Below are positions 7,288 to 16,828 of a stretch of 64,000 nt of DNA, piece by piece. The position numbers and the translations under genes were made by a program. The notes below the pieces were generated by a model. That model saw nothing but the letters and a program-made list of their open reading frames with translations, was not told where the DNA came from and ran no database searches. Source of the DNA: Nitrospinales bacterium (GTDB lineage: Bacteria > Nitrospinota > Nitrospinia > Nitrospinales > VA-1); the NCBI GenBank assembly GCA_965223795.1, contig CBDCXL010000002.1:1952001-2016000 (forward strand), given 5' to 3'. Numbering within the stretch: position 1 is the first letter of the stretch; each line of letters starts with the position of its first letter.

Positions 7288-10200
7288 TTATTGAATAGAT
7301 TGCCAATCGTTGGGCGATCGATAGAGGAAAAATTCCATGATTTCGGGATCTAGGGCGACAATATGGAGCCATTGATTTTTCGTCAATTGTTGCAATATCG
7401 TATGCCGGGAAATGGTGGCGGAGATCATTTTTAATGGAGCTTCTATTATAACAAATAATCGCATTGGCTCGTGGTAAGGTTTCTCGCCATCGAAAACCGT
7501 TTGGATAGGAAGCCCGACACAAAGATCGCTTTGGGTGCCGAACATGACGCCTACCCGACCAACCACATTGTGATACGCTTTGCTTCCCGCTCCATAAACA
7601 TTAATGTCTACGGTAGAAAAATAATGCTCCATGTTAATCCATTGTGCTACGACCATAGGAGCGGTCATGATGATTTCCAAATATTTTCCCTTCGGATCCA
7701 TTGAATAATCATAGGAATGCAAAAAAGTCCGGCTTTCTAAATTTATTCCCTGAGTCAACAACCGGCGCCCCGCGATAAAAGCGGTATGTCGAGAAAGTCC
7801 CCATTCCGGTCGAACCTGCGACCAATCTATGCTGCGTGTCTTTGCCCGCTTTAAAGCACTGGAAACTCCGTTTATGTCAGACTCATCGGGCATGCGGCCT
7901 AACCGTTCCCGGCTATTTTTTTCGCCCGCTTCTTGTAGATCGCGCTGAAGCCTGAGCAAATCTTTTCGATGAGTGGCGGGGACGTCTTCCAAATCGAATA
8001 GCTCCACTTCGTCTGTTGTCGTGTCGTGTTGCCCGGGAAGAAAATGCGTGTCCGCAGGAATCGCCAGGCCTTTCACAGCCAGCATTTGCCGAACCTCGAG
8101 TTTGTTGGCCATGACGGCAAGGGCTCGCGCGTTGGAAATTCCATGATTGCCACCGCACGCTCCACAATCCAAGGCAGATTCATAGGGATTGTTATCTGAA
8201 GTGCTGCCATGAGCGCAAAGCAGGACAAGCCGGGAAAATGTTTTGAATCCTAAAACCCTTAAAGCCGTTTCCACATAATGAGCCTGTTCCGCGACGGTGA
8301 GTCCTGCCTGAGTTATCCGCTGCATTTGCCGATCCACGTCGCGCTCATTAACATTAAACTCACGTATGAGCACATTGATAAATTGTTCAAGATCGGATTG
8401 GGTCCACTGTAATAATTGATTCAACTCCTGATTTTCAAGGCTATCGGCCTGAATTTGATTCATCGCCATTTTCCGCAGACGTTCCACCTGTTCGTGAGAA
8501 ATCGTGGCGCCCAGCGAACCGTATTTCTCAATCAAAAGCCTGTAAATAGCCGCCCGGTGTTTAGAGGCAACCATTTCATGAGCCTCTTCCAGTTGAATTT
8601 TATCCACGGTCAGCGTTGTGCCTATGGGAATGGCAAAACGTTCTTTCAACCATGAGACGGCATTTTTGAAAAATTTCGGGCGCAACGTTTGCCCAAAAAG
8701 TCTGAACCCAAAAAACCAGCCAATGGCTTCCACCATGACATACGGGGTGATAACGTTTTCTTTTAAATCGTGCAACAACGTGTGGCTTGCTTTGGCGAGT
8801 TGTTGTCCCTCTAAAAATTCTTTCGCGGCCTTGGCTTGATAGGCGCGGGGAATTTCTTTCACCACGTGCTTGGGTTTTAGAAGGACCGGACATTGATCCG
8901 TCAGGTGCTCGCTGGAAAATCCCTGATAACATATGGGGACTCCAAAAAAACCGGCAAATCCGAATGTTTCATTGCCGCCGACCTCTTCAAGGTGTCTTCT
9001 AAATCCTTCCGACCTGACATCGATGCAAAATATGGATTGAGAAAGAGGGCGCGATTCTGACGGCTTATCCTCAGGAGCGTCGACCTTTCTCAGTTTTTCA
9101 ATATTTGGTGAAAATTCTTTCACAAAATCTTTAATGAAGCTGGATTCCAAAGCCTTGAGCCAGACGGGTCCATGCTTTGATTCGGGGAATTCCTCCACCC
9201 AATCGAGCAAAAGTTCTACTGGCTCGGGACCGCTCTTTAAAAGATCCTGTATGGTGATGTTCAACGATTTGGCTAGATGCAAAACCATCAAGACCTGAAC
9301 TTCAATGTTCTGATGTTTTCGAATTTGTTCCCATTTTGAAATCAAGCTGGAATCGCATTGATTGAGCTCGTTTATACGCAAAGGTTGCTTTATGAACATG
9401 GACATATCCATGCCATCTTCGATTTCCTCCGGCAAACTTCTGGTCTGGTGCTCTTTATAAAGGCCATATCCAACCGGGAATTTATTTAGATAATCCCGTA
9501 TCGAAGTATAGGTTCCGGGAATGTCTAATTTAGAGCGACAGGCCGAACCCACCAGCTCTCTTTCATAAAAGATCCGGACGGCCATGTACTTTACAAGGTC
9601 AATTGGATAGGCCTGTTGCCAAACGTAGTCCACTTGTTCCGAGCGCCATTTCATGAGTCCCGTCCATCCGGCTAATTGAGCAAGATGTAGAGTGAAATAG
9701 TCGATCCACAAATCTTTCGGAATGGATAACATGGACAGGCTTTCCAAAATCGCGTCTTCCGGCCGGTCGGGTAAATTTTTAATTTTGTTCTTCCAGTCGG
9801 GAATTCCCAGGAGGGAACCGAAAACATCGTCCTGGGCCAGTTCTTTCCAGCTGCCGTAAAAAGTATTTTCACGAAATGGCATTTCCCAGGGACTGTGTCC
9901 TTCATCGAGATACCCGCCAACCCATTTGATGACTTCACTATTGATTTGATGCTGTACATCAGTTCCAAGTGATTTGTCACACCATTCCCCAAGTGTATAA
10001 TATATTGCCAGCTCTTCCTGCTCGCGACTCGCATGGTCCTTAAGAGATATATTTTGCTCTTTGTTTTTCGGTAGTCCCTGAATTAGCTCAATCAATTCTT
10101 TTACTTCCGGTTGATTGTGCGACGATCGCAAAACCGCCGAAACCACGTCTGTTACGACTTTGCCAGTGCCATTCAACAAAATGGTTTTCAAGAATTCATG

Positions 10201-10536
10201 ATGAGATATTTTTTGATCATTGATTTCGATAGTGGCGTCTTTTGATACGTCCTTTAAGACTTCATTTAAAGCCTCTCCGGTTATTCGCCCTTCCTTAAAA
10301 TAATCTCTGTAGTATTCATTGGGCAAATAACCGCGCCCACCCAAAAACCGCTCGGCTTCGTCAATGGCTTTTTCGAAATGTAAATGTTCCAGGCCATGAA
10401 GCGGATTATGATGGATAAACGTTTTCATCGGCCAGTAATGTGAAATGGGTTCGCCTGCCAGATTCACGAACGAACGCAATTCTATCCGCTGGGTTTCAGT
10501 AGGTGTTTGGGTTGCTTTATCGTCCAGGGTGGGCAT
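7288..10536 (-). CDS. dabA: DabA/MpsB (DUF2309) beta-carbonic-anhydrase-like subunit of an inorganic carbon pump
   Basis: WPMKTFIHHNPLHG, FCIDVRSE, AHGS, LDCGACGG, RPEWGL, FLHSY and YHEPMRL motifs; start placed at MPTLDD to avoid overlap with the upstream gene. Confidence 0.93.
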   Translation of the reverse strand: MPTLDDKATQTPTETQRIELRSFVNLAGEPISHYWPMKTFIHHNPLHGLEHLHFEKAIDEAERFLGGRGYLPNEYYRDYFKEGRITGEALNEVLKDVSKDATIEINDQKISHHEFLKTILLNGTGKVVTDVVSAVLRSSHNQPEVKELIELIQGLPKNKEQNISLKDHASREQEELAIYYTLGEWCDKSLGTDVQHQINSEVIKWVGGYLDEGHSPWEMPFRENTFYGSWKELAQDDVFGSLLGIPDWKNKIKNLPDRPEDAILESLSMLSIPKDLWIDYFTLHLAQLAGWTGLMKWRSEQVDYVWQQAYPIDLVKYMAVRIFYERELVGSACRSKLDIPGTYTSIRDYLNKFPVGYGLYKEHQTRSLPEEIEDGMDMSMFIKQPLRINELNQCDSSLISKWEQIRKHQNIEVQVLMVLHLAKSLNITIQDLLKSGPEPVELLLDWVEEFPESKHGPVWLKALESSFIKDFVKEFSPNIEKLRKVDAPEDKPSESRPLSQSIFCIDVRSEGFRRHLEEVGGNETFGFAGFFGVPICYQGFSSEHLTDQCPVLLKPKHVVKEIPRAYQAKAAKEFLEGQQLAKASHTLLHDLKENVITPYVMVEAIGWFFGFRLFGQTLRPKFFKNAVSWLKERFAIPIGTTLTVDKIQLEEAHEMVASKHRAAIYRLLIEKYGSLGATISHEQVERLRKMAMNQIQADSLENQELNQLLQWTQSDLEQFINVLIREFNVNERDVDRQMQRITQAGLTVAEQAHYVETALRVLGFKTFSRLVLLCAHGSTSDNNPYESALDCGACGGNHGISNARALAVMANKLEVRQMLAVKGLAIPADTHFLPGQHDTTTDEVELFDLEDVPATHRKDLLRLQRDLQEAGEKNSRERLGRMPDESDINGVSSALKRAKTRSIDWSQVRPEWGLSRHTAFIAGRRLLTQGINLESRTFLHSYDYSMDPKGKYLEIIMTAPMVVAQWINMEHYFSTVDINVYGAGSKAYHNVVGRVGVMFGTQSDLCVGLPIQTVFDGEKPYHEPMRLFVIIEAPLKMISATISRHTILQQLTKNQWLHIVALDPEIMEFFLYRSPNDWQSIQ

Positions 10537-10580
10537 GGCTTTGATCTGCTGACTTTGTAAATAGTTAAACAATAGGCGCG

Positions 10581-11813
10581 CTAGTAGAGCAGCCCGCAAT
10601 AACCAGCGCCTAATATTAAAATTGTTACCCCGACAATTTCGGTTGCCCGCAAGTCTATATATGGAACACCCGTGCGTGCCGATCCAAAAGCGGTTTGATG
10701 AAGCATTTGTATGAAATACCAGCCTCCTCCCAGCCAAACCACAAGAAATATTAAAAATAGATTGATGAATTTAACATCCAAAGAGGCGACCGTCGGCATA
10801 CCTGTCAAACCGGAAAACGTAGGGAACATTGGAAGAAACAGTGCGAAACTCACAAGAAGAACCATCATCGTTCCAAACCGGGGCATTGGAGATGCAAGCC
10901 CTGGGAGCTTCCCTATGGTTTGCCATCCATACCGCTGTTGCACAAAAGAAAACGTGAGGCAGATGCCGCCCAACACAAACGCTACGGCTATGCCATACGC
11001 AATTCCCCACCCGTGAAAATCCGGGAAAATATTGAGTAAGCCCCAGACAAGGGATACGTGAGCCACGGTAGCAGCTGCGACGAATGAACTGCTTTGCTTT
11101 TGTCCAAGAGCCGCTAATGAAGAATAAAACGCACTCACCAGGGACATCAAACTGATGACAAAGAGCGTTTCAGGCGAAAGCAAAGAGTGAATTTTGTTTA
11201 ATTCCGCAAGCCCAATGGCTAACCAAACGGCAATCCATAAACTGGATAGATTTCCTTTAGCGCCTTCAATCGTCTCCACAAATGGAAGGTGAAAAGGAAA
11301 CAGTGGCAGGAAAGTGATGGCGAGAAACAAACCGGAAATCATTGGCAAGGTGTCGCCATCCAAGGTGGAAATTAAAGAGAGAACGATAGCAATGATAATA
11401 TGTATAAGAATAAGGACTGTTCGAAATGAACGATTCTTCTCACGAGTGAGAGAAAATGCGACGTAACCTAGAAGACCACATAGAAAAAGCCTGCTTGTGA
11501 GTCCCTGCCCCAGCAACGCACCCAGGGCCAATCCTATAGTAATCAGACTTGAAGGGTAAAACTCCGAAGCCTGTCGCGATTCTTCCTGACAAAGCATGAC
11601 GCAAAAACCTGACAGAAGAACCGCTAAAGCTAAAATTTCAGTCGATGGATCTGTTTCAACAGAAAAAACCAGGAACATGCCTAAAGCAACAATCGTCGTC
11701 AAACCTATAGATTTAAGCCTGGAAAACGAGATTTTAGTGATCTTCCACACAATCCCCATAACAAGTGGCAAAAGAGCGAGAATTATTGGAAGCGAATGTT
11801 GATTATCCATCAT
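10581..11813 (-). CDS. NuoM/MrpD-like proton-conducting membrane subunit (divergent)
   Basis: Many TM helices; PLFPFH and GLASPMPRF...FLPMFPTFSG motifs typical of Proton_antipo_M proteins. Confidence 0.75.
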   Translation of the reverse strand: MMDNQHSLPIILALLPLVMGIVWKITKISFSRLKSIGLTTIVALGMFLVFSVETDPSTEILALAVLLSGFCVMLCQEESRQASEFYPSSLITIGLALGALLGQGLTSRLFLCGLLGYVAFSLTREKNRSFRTVLILIHIIIAIVLSLISTLDGDTLPMISGLFLAITFLPLFPFHLPFVETIEGAKGNLSSLWIAVWLAIGLAELNKIHSLLSPETLFVISLMSLVSAFYSSLAALGQKQSSSFVAAATVAHVSLVWGLLNIFPDFHGWGIAYGIAVAFVLGGICLTFSFVQQRYGWQTIGKLPGLASPMPRFGTMMVLLVSFALFLPMFPTFSGLTGMPTVASLDVKFINLFLIFLVVWLGGGWYFIQMLHQTAFGSARTGVPYIDLRATEIVGVTILILGAGYCGLLY

Positions 11814-11829
11814 TTATGCCAGTCACACT

Positions 11830-13530
11830 TTAAAAACGAAGAGCAACTTTTTGAGCCAGTCGCAATATGCCATTGCTGCATCGAACATAAACCTGGTCCA
11901 CATAAAGCCGATTGATGAGAAGAATGTACGCTATTTTTCGGAGCGAAATGATCCAATCCGAAATAAATAATTTTTTCCCTTTAGCGTTGGTATAGAGAAC
12001 AAACCAACCAAATAGAATGAGCGCAGTGGATAAAATTATGATCAAATCAAATATCCACGGATAAAACGCCGCAGCCACAAAGAAACTCTCCGCAACTCCT
12101 GGCTCAGGGTAAAGGAAATGCGTGAATTCCTCTCCGGCCCACAGATAAATGAATACGATGAAAAACAGAGCTCCGATCATCGTGCATGCCACTTTCCAGG
12201 AAGCCACAGCCTGAATACGATATAAACTAAACATGACCTGGGAAGCGGTCACCCAACTGAAAAAGAGAAAAATTACCGCACCGTGCGATTCTTGCAGGTG
12301 TATATCCAGCATGCCGTGGGCGACCATAAGAATAACAAGCGGCATCATCAACGTAATCACTAAACCCGTAATCCAGGTTAACTGGGAAGGTGATTTCTTC
12401 TCCGTAATTTCATATTTTGAAGAAAATGGGAGCTTTGGTTCTTCCCGCGATGCATGAATGCCTGTCCCCGCTCCCAAAAACAATGTCGCTTTAAAAAGGC
12501 CATGGGCGATTAAATGAAAGATGGCCAGTGCAAATGCTCCTAACCCACATTCCATAATCATGTACCCCATTTGCCCCATTGTGGAAAAACCGAGCGTTTT
12601 TTTAATATCGTTTTGAACCAGCATCATGGAGGCTCCAAGCAGCACCGTCACGACACCTATGAAAAATACAATATGAAGCGTCGTCGTCGAGAGAGCATAA
12701 AATGGAGCTAACCGATTTAGCAAAAACCCACCGGCATTGATAATTCCAGCGTGCATCAAAGCTGAAACGGGGGTGGGCGAATCCATGGTGTCTGGCAACC
12801 AGACATGCAAGGGGAATTGAGATGATTTGGCCATTGCGCCAACAAATATGAGAAGCCCAATCAGAGAAATGGCGCTGACTTCAAATGAGTTTCCCGGCAA
12901 TAAAGAAACCATGTGAGGGTATTCTGCCGCCGCTTTAAAGAGTTCGGTAAATTCCAAAGTTCCAAAAAAATTATAGGCAAGAAATATCCCGCAGAGAAAA
13001 CTCACGTCCCCCACACGATGGACAAAAAAAGTTTTGAACGCATTACGGCAAGAGTCGGGGTGGGAATAATTAAAATTAAGAATCAGGTAAAGCGCCAAAC
13101 TCAATAACTGCCAAAACAGAAACAACACAAACAAGTTTGGGCTGGAAACGAGCGAAAGGATGACAAAGGTGATGAAGCTCAAAAGCGCAAAAAAACGAGC
13201 GTAACCTGGATCGCCTTCTAAATACCGGACCGAATAGAAATGAATGACAACGCTGACACTCGTGATCAGCATCATCATCACGGCCGTGAGCCGATCGATT
13301 AACATGCCGATCTTTAATATGGGGGAGCCTTCGGAGTTTAAGGTCCAGAATACGAACTGGACCGTTCCTTCGTTGACAACATGATAGAGGGTCCAGGCGG
13401 AAAGAATGGAGGAAATCGAAGTTGCAATAACTCCCACCTTGGCCACATGAGCCAACATGCGGTTGCCAAAGACCCAAATAAAAATTGCAGCGAGAAGAGG
13501 GAAGAGAAGAATAAGAATAGGGATGGTCAT
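11830..13530 (-). CDS. dabB: DabB/MpsA (NuoL-like) membrane subunit
   Basis: AKSSQFPLHVWLPDTMDSPTPVSALMHAG and FHLIAHGLFKATLFL motifs; co-operonic with DUF2309. Confidence 0.9.
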   Translation of the reverse strand: MTIPILILLFPLLAAIFIWVFGNRMLAHVAKVGVIATSISSILSAWTLYHVVNEGTVQFVFWTLNSEGSPILKIGMLIDRLTAVMMMLITSVSVVIHFYSVRYLEGDPGYARFFALLSFITFVILSLVSSPNLFVLFLFWQLLSLALYLILNFNYSHPDSCRNAFKTFFVHRVGDVSFLCGIFLAYNFFGTLEFTELFKAAAEYPHMVSLLPGNSFEVSAISLIGLLIFVGAMAKSSQFPLHVWLPDTMDSPTPVSALMHAGIINAGGFLLNRLAPFYALSTTTLHIVFFIGVVTVLLGASMMLVQNDIKKTLGFSTMGQMGYMIMECGLGAFALAIFHLIAHGLFKATLFLGAGTGIHASREEPKLPFSSKYEITEKKSPSQLTWITGLVITLMMPLVILMVAHGMLDIHLQESHGAVIFLFFSWVTASQVMFSLYRIQAVASWKVACTMIGALFFIVFIYLWAGEEFTHFLYPEPGVAESFFVAAAFYPWIFDLIIILSTALILFGWFVLYTNAKGKKLFISDWIISLRKIAYILLINRLYVDQVYVRCSNGILRLAQKVALRF

Positions 13531-14049
13531 GACCTATTTTTTGTCAATACCTGTTTTATAGTTCGATTTCTCCCAAAACCCTTTTAAGTTCAATTGCATC
13601 CTTTCAAAACTTAAAGCTTCATGTTTAGGTTTTTAAGGCATTCCATTACAAATTGAATTAATAAACCAGGCAAAAAATTTTTGCCCTAGTTATAGATGAT
13701 ACTTGGAAAATAACGATTTAAAAAATTTATGACTTTGAATCTAGGAATTAAAATACATGAAAATATGAAAATTCGACCCTGGTAGACCGTATTGGTCATT
13801 TGATACTTTTTATCCAGCGGGTTTGGAATGGGCAAAGCCAGGGGTGACATGGAAAAGAGTGTTAGGTTTCTGAATGATAGAAGGAGATTGAGAATAATCG
13901 AAAAGCCTGTCGGTATTTTGGAATTTCACATGCGGATTTCTATTGTTGACGAGATTTCTTTCAGGCGAAAATTACTCAATAGAACGGCAAAGTAGACCTT
14001 GTTTTATATAATGTATCTTGTGGGCAAATTTTACCCCTATCACCACCCC

Positions 14050-14086
14050 AAAAGAAAAAGGAGCTACCGGAAATCGGTAACTCCTT
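14050..14086 (-). terminator. Intrinsic terminator downstream of tRNA-Arg(TCT)
   Basis: AAGGAGTTACCG/CGGTAGCTCCTT stem followed by a U-rich tract on the minus strand. Confidence 0.7.
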
Positions 14087-14093
14087 GAATTAT

Positions 14094-14170
<77 letters not shown>

Positions 14171-14497
14171 TTGGGGAAGGATTGTCGTTTTTTTACTGAC
14201 GGAATGGACAGTGTGGCCCGGATCTCTGCGCGCATCCAGTTCGGGTTCCGTGTTCCGGATGGCGCGAATCCGGGTGGCCGTTCTCAGCAAACGATTATAT
14301 CACACAGGTTGTGAGGGGATTTTACGTGTCCTGGCTGCTTGTCTATTCTTTTGCCCACGATCCTGTATGAATCCTTCCTGCATTCGGATTTCGGGTTTCC
14401 CATTTTGTGGGTTTCGGTTCAGAATCCGAATTTCCTCTCGCTTCCGCAGCTCATGAAAACCTTTGAATTTAAATTGGTTATTTTGGGCCTCCTGTGC

Positions 14498-14526
14498 TTG
14501 ACAGGGGCTCGTTCCGATCTTATTTA
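14498..14526 (+). promoter_or_regulatory. Putative sigma70-type promoter for hsp20
   Basis: TTGACA-N17-TATTTA; the -10 box is imperfect. Confidence 0.4.
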
Positions 14527-14631
14527 TTTTGTGAGAGAGGATGGAAGCGATTCCCGGGATCGGTTCGCCTTGTTGTCTGTCAAAGGTGGTTAAAAAAGCA
14601 TAATTCGCGTAAGCGCAAGGAGGAAGAAATC

Positions 14632-15123
14632 ATGAACATCAAAGATCTGATTCCCTGGGAAAGGGAGGACAAATTTTGGTCGGACAACCCGTTTTCCGTG
14701 ATGGAACGGGATATGAACCGGATGTTTCGCGATTTTTCGAAAAACTTCATGGACGCACCGGTCGGCACCGGTTGGAAGGGCGTCAACGGCATGACCCCCA
14801 AGTTGGATGTGACGGAAACGGACGAGGCCATCGAAGTGCATGCGGAACTTCCGGGAATGGAGGAAAAGGACATTGAGGTTTCACTGCTGGACAACGTCCT
14901 GACCCTCGAAGGTGAGAAAAAGCATGAGAAGGAAACGAAGGAGAAAAACTATCACCGTGTGGAACGGTCTTTCGGAAAATTCCAGCGGCGTGTGGCACTG
15001 CCGGCGGAAGTGCAGTCCGATAAGGTCGATGCCACGTTCAAGAAAGGGGTTTTGACCGTTCGTCTGCCGAAAACGGAAAAAGCCAAAAAAGACGTAAAAA
15101 AGATTTCCGTGAAAGCGGAATGA
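14632..15123 (+). CDS. Hsp20/alpha-crystallin small heat shock protein
   Basis: AAGGAGG RBS; DVTET..AELPG..ERSFGKFQR..A.FKKGVL motifs. Confidence 0.95.
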   Translation: MNIKDLIPWEREDKFWSDNPFSVMERDMNRMFRDFSKNFMDAPVGTGWKGVNGMTPKLDVTETDEAIEVHAELPGMEEKDIEVSLLDNVLTLEGEKKHEKETKEKNYHRVERSFGKFQRRVALPAEVQSDKVDATFKKGVLTVRLPKTEKAKKDVKKISVKAE

Positions 15124-15164
15124 CGCCTCAGGCTCATTCCCCAGCAGAGCATGAGGCCCATGTG

Positions 15165-15215
15165 GTGGGCGCCGGGATTTAGATCTTACCTCCCTCGACC
15201 GGCGCCCACTTTTTT
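15165..15215 (+). terminator. Hairpin/terminator between convergent hsp20 and sqr
   Basis: 11-bp stem GTGGGCGCCGG/CCGGCGCCCAC followed by a T-run. Confidence 0.65.
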
Positions 15216-16416
15216 ATGCCTTCCCTTTGAGCATTCCATACCAATATAGAAGCGGCAGGATGTATCTCTTGAGCAGGTATAGGCTCCATCGTTCCCTGTT
15301 CTGATCGAACGGAAATGTTTCCTTTGGATTTCCGTCGTAATCGAATTCGGCGAGAATGAGACGCCCGTATCCCGTGATTAACGGACACGACGTGTAGCCG
15401 TCGTATTTTGCGGTCAGGGACCGGTTCTCCTTCTGACTGAAAAGATTGGCGACCAACACAGGCGCCTGCTTTCGAATCGCCGCGCCGGTTTTGGATGTGG
15501 GCGCGTTACAGACATCGCCCAGGGCGAATACGTTTGAAAACTTTTTATGCTGAAGGGTGAAAGGGTCTACGTTCACCCAGCCCTCATCGTCCGCCAGCGG
15601 GCTGGACCGGATGAACTCGGGAGCGCTTTGCGGCGGTGTGATGTGGATCATCTCGTAAGGGATGATTTTCAGCGCTCCGCCGTCCAGGTTTTCAAAGACC
15701 GCTTCTTTTGCATCCGGCCGGATTTCCACGAGGTTGTAGCGGAAGTGGGTGACGATACCGCGTTCTCGGGCCAGGGTTTCCAGTGTGGTGGCATAGGGTT
15801 CGACGCCGAAAATCCGATTTTTTGCTGAAGCGAAAATCACCTCGACATGGCGGCGAATCCCTTTTTTGCGAAGGTGGTGGTCCGCCAGCCACATTATTTT
15901 TTGCGGTGCGCCGCCGCATTTTGTTTCTGTGTTGGGAAACGTGAAAATCGCGTTACCTGATTCCAGCCGGCGGAGAAATTCCCAAGTCGTGTCTGCATAC
16001 TGGTAGGCAAAGTTGCTGCACACGCCTTCTTTCCCGATCGCCTCCGGCAATCCTTTGACAGCGTCCCAATTGATCTGAATGCCCGCGGCAACCACAAGGG
16101 TATCGTAGCTGACCTTTCTTCCTGACCGAGTCCACACGCAGTTCGAATCCGGATCGATCCTTTCGGCGAAATCCTGAATCCATTCCGCGCCTTTGGGGAT
16201 GACGGAGACTTCTTTGCGTACGGTTTCCTTTTTGTCCACCACGCCGCCGCCGACGAGCGTCCACAATGGCTGGTAATAATGGTTTTCGGAGGGTTCGATG
16301 ATGGAGAGCCGGGCGGACTTTACTTTATTCCGTATACGGCTGGCTACGGTGATTCCGGCTGTGCCGCCGCCGACGATCAGAAACTCAAAATGAGAGGAAC
16401 CGACAGAAGAGTTCAT
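15214..16416 (-). CDS. sqr: Sulfide:quinone oxidoreductase, type II (SQRDL/Hmt2-like)
   Basis: FAD motif VGGGTAG, YYQPLWTLVGGG, catalytic-Cys motifs KCGGAPQK and GYTSCP, LAEFDY. Confidence 0.88.
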   Translation of the reverse strand: MNSSVGSSHFEFLIVGGGTAGITVASRIRNKVKSARLSIIEPSENHYYQPLWTLVGGGVVDKKETVRKEVSVIPKGAEWIQDFAERIDPDSNCVWTRSGRKVSYDTLVVAAGIQINWDAVKGLPEAIGKEGVCSNFAYQYADTTWEFLRRLESGNAIFTFPNTETKCGGAPQKIMWLADHHLRKKGIRRHVEVIFASAKNRIFGVEPYATTLETLARERGIVTHFRYNLVEIRPDAKEAVFENLDGGALKIIPYEMIHITPPQSAPEFIRSSPLADDEGWVNVDPFTLQHKKFSNVFALGDVCNAPTSKTGAAIRKQAPVLVANLFSQKENRSLTAKYDGYTSCPLITGYGRLILAEFDYDGNPKETFPFDQNRERWSLYLLKRYILPLLYWYGMLKGKA

Positions 16417-16692
16417 AATCGGTCTGGGAATGCGATGGGTATTTTGATTGAAGTCATTTTACCAGTTTGTGGGAAATTAGGATTTTTTACTCCATGCTTT
16501 TATTCCTTCCATTCCGTGTGCCCGCGTCAAAGTGAGGCTTGATCTCCGGGATCACTTGCTTTGCGGGAAGGCATTCAAAAATCATTACTTTCAAAATTTG
16601 GGAGTTTTCAAGGTTAGGGCAGGGCAAAAATCCCGAGAGGGTCAAAGTTCCTGAATTTACGTGGCTATTCATTATTCAGCGGTGTATTTAAA

Positions 16693-16721
16693 TTGACATT
16701 TGGTGTAATTCAAATTAGTCT
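16693..16721 (+). promoter_or_regulatory. sigma70-type promoter for the FIST-kinase operon
   Basis: TTGACA-N17-TAGTCT, about 107 nt upstream of the ATG. Confidence 0.55.
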
Positions 16722-16828
16722 GAATAGAATAACTCCATAAAATATAATGGTTTATTAGCGCGCTGAAACTCTTTTTACGATTGTGCAGTGCGTGCACGAA
16801 TGTATGTTTTGTCTGAGAGGAGACAGCG

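Noticed and set aside
10537..10737. N-terminal extensions given by the ORF track (also 42194..44974, 25034..26284, 3127..3849, 20083..21165)
   Set aside because: They overlap upstream genes, promoters or tRNAs; downstream starts with an RBS or translational coupling fit better.
13530..14093. Integrase or LysR remnant next to tRNA-Arg(TCT)
   Set aside because: No reading frame with recognisable recombinase or HTH motifs was found.
14530..14631. ROSE-type RNA thermometer in the hsp20 leader
   Set aside because: No U(U/C)GCU motif positioned to pair with the SD.
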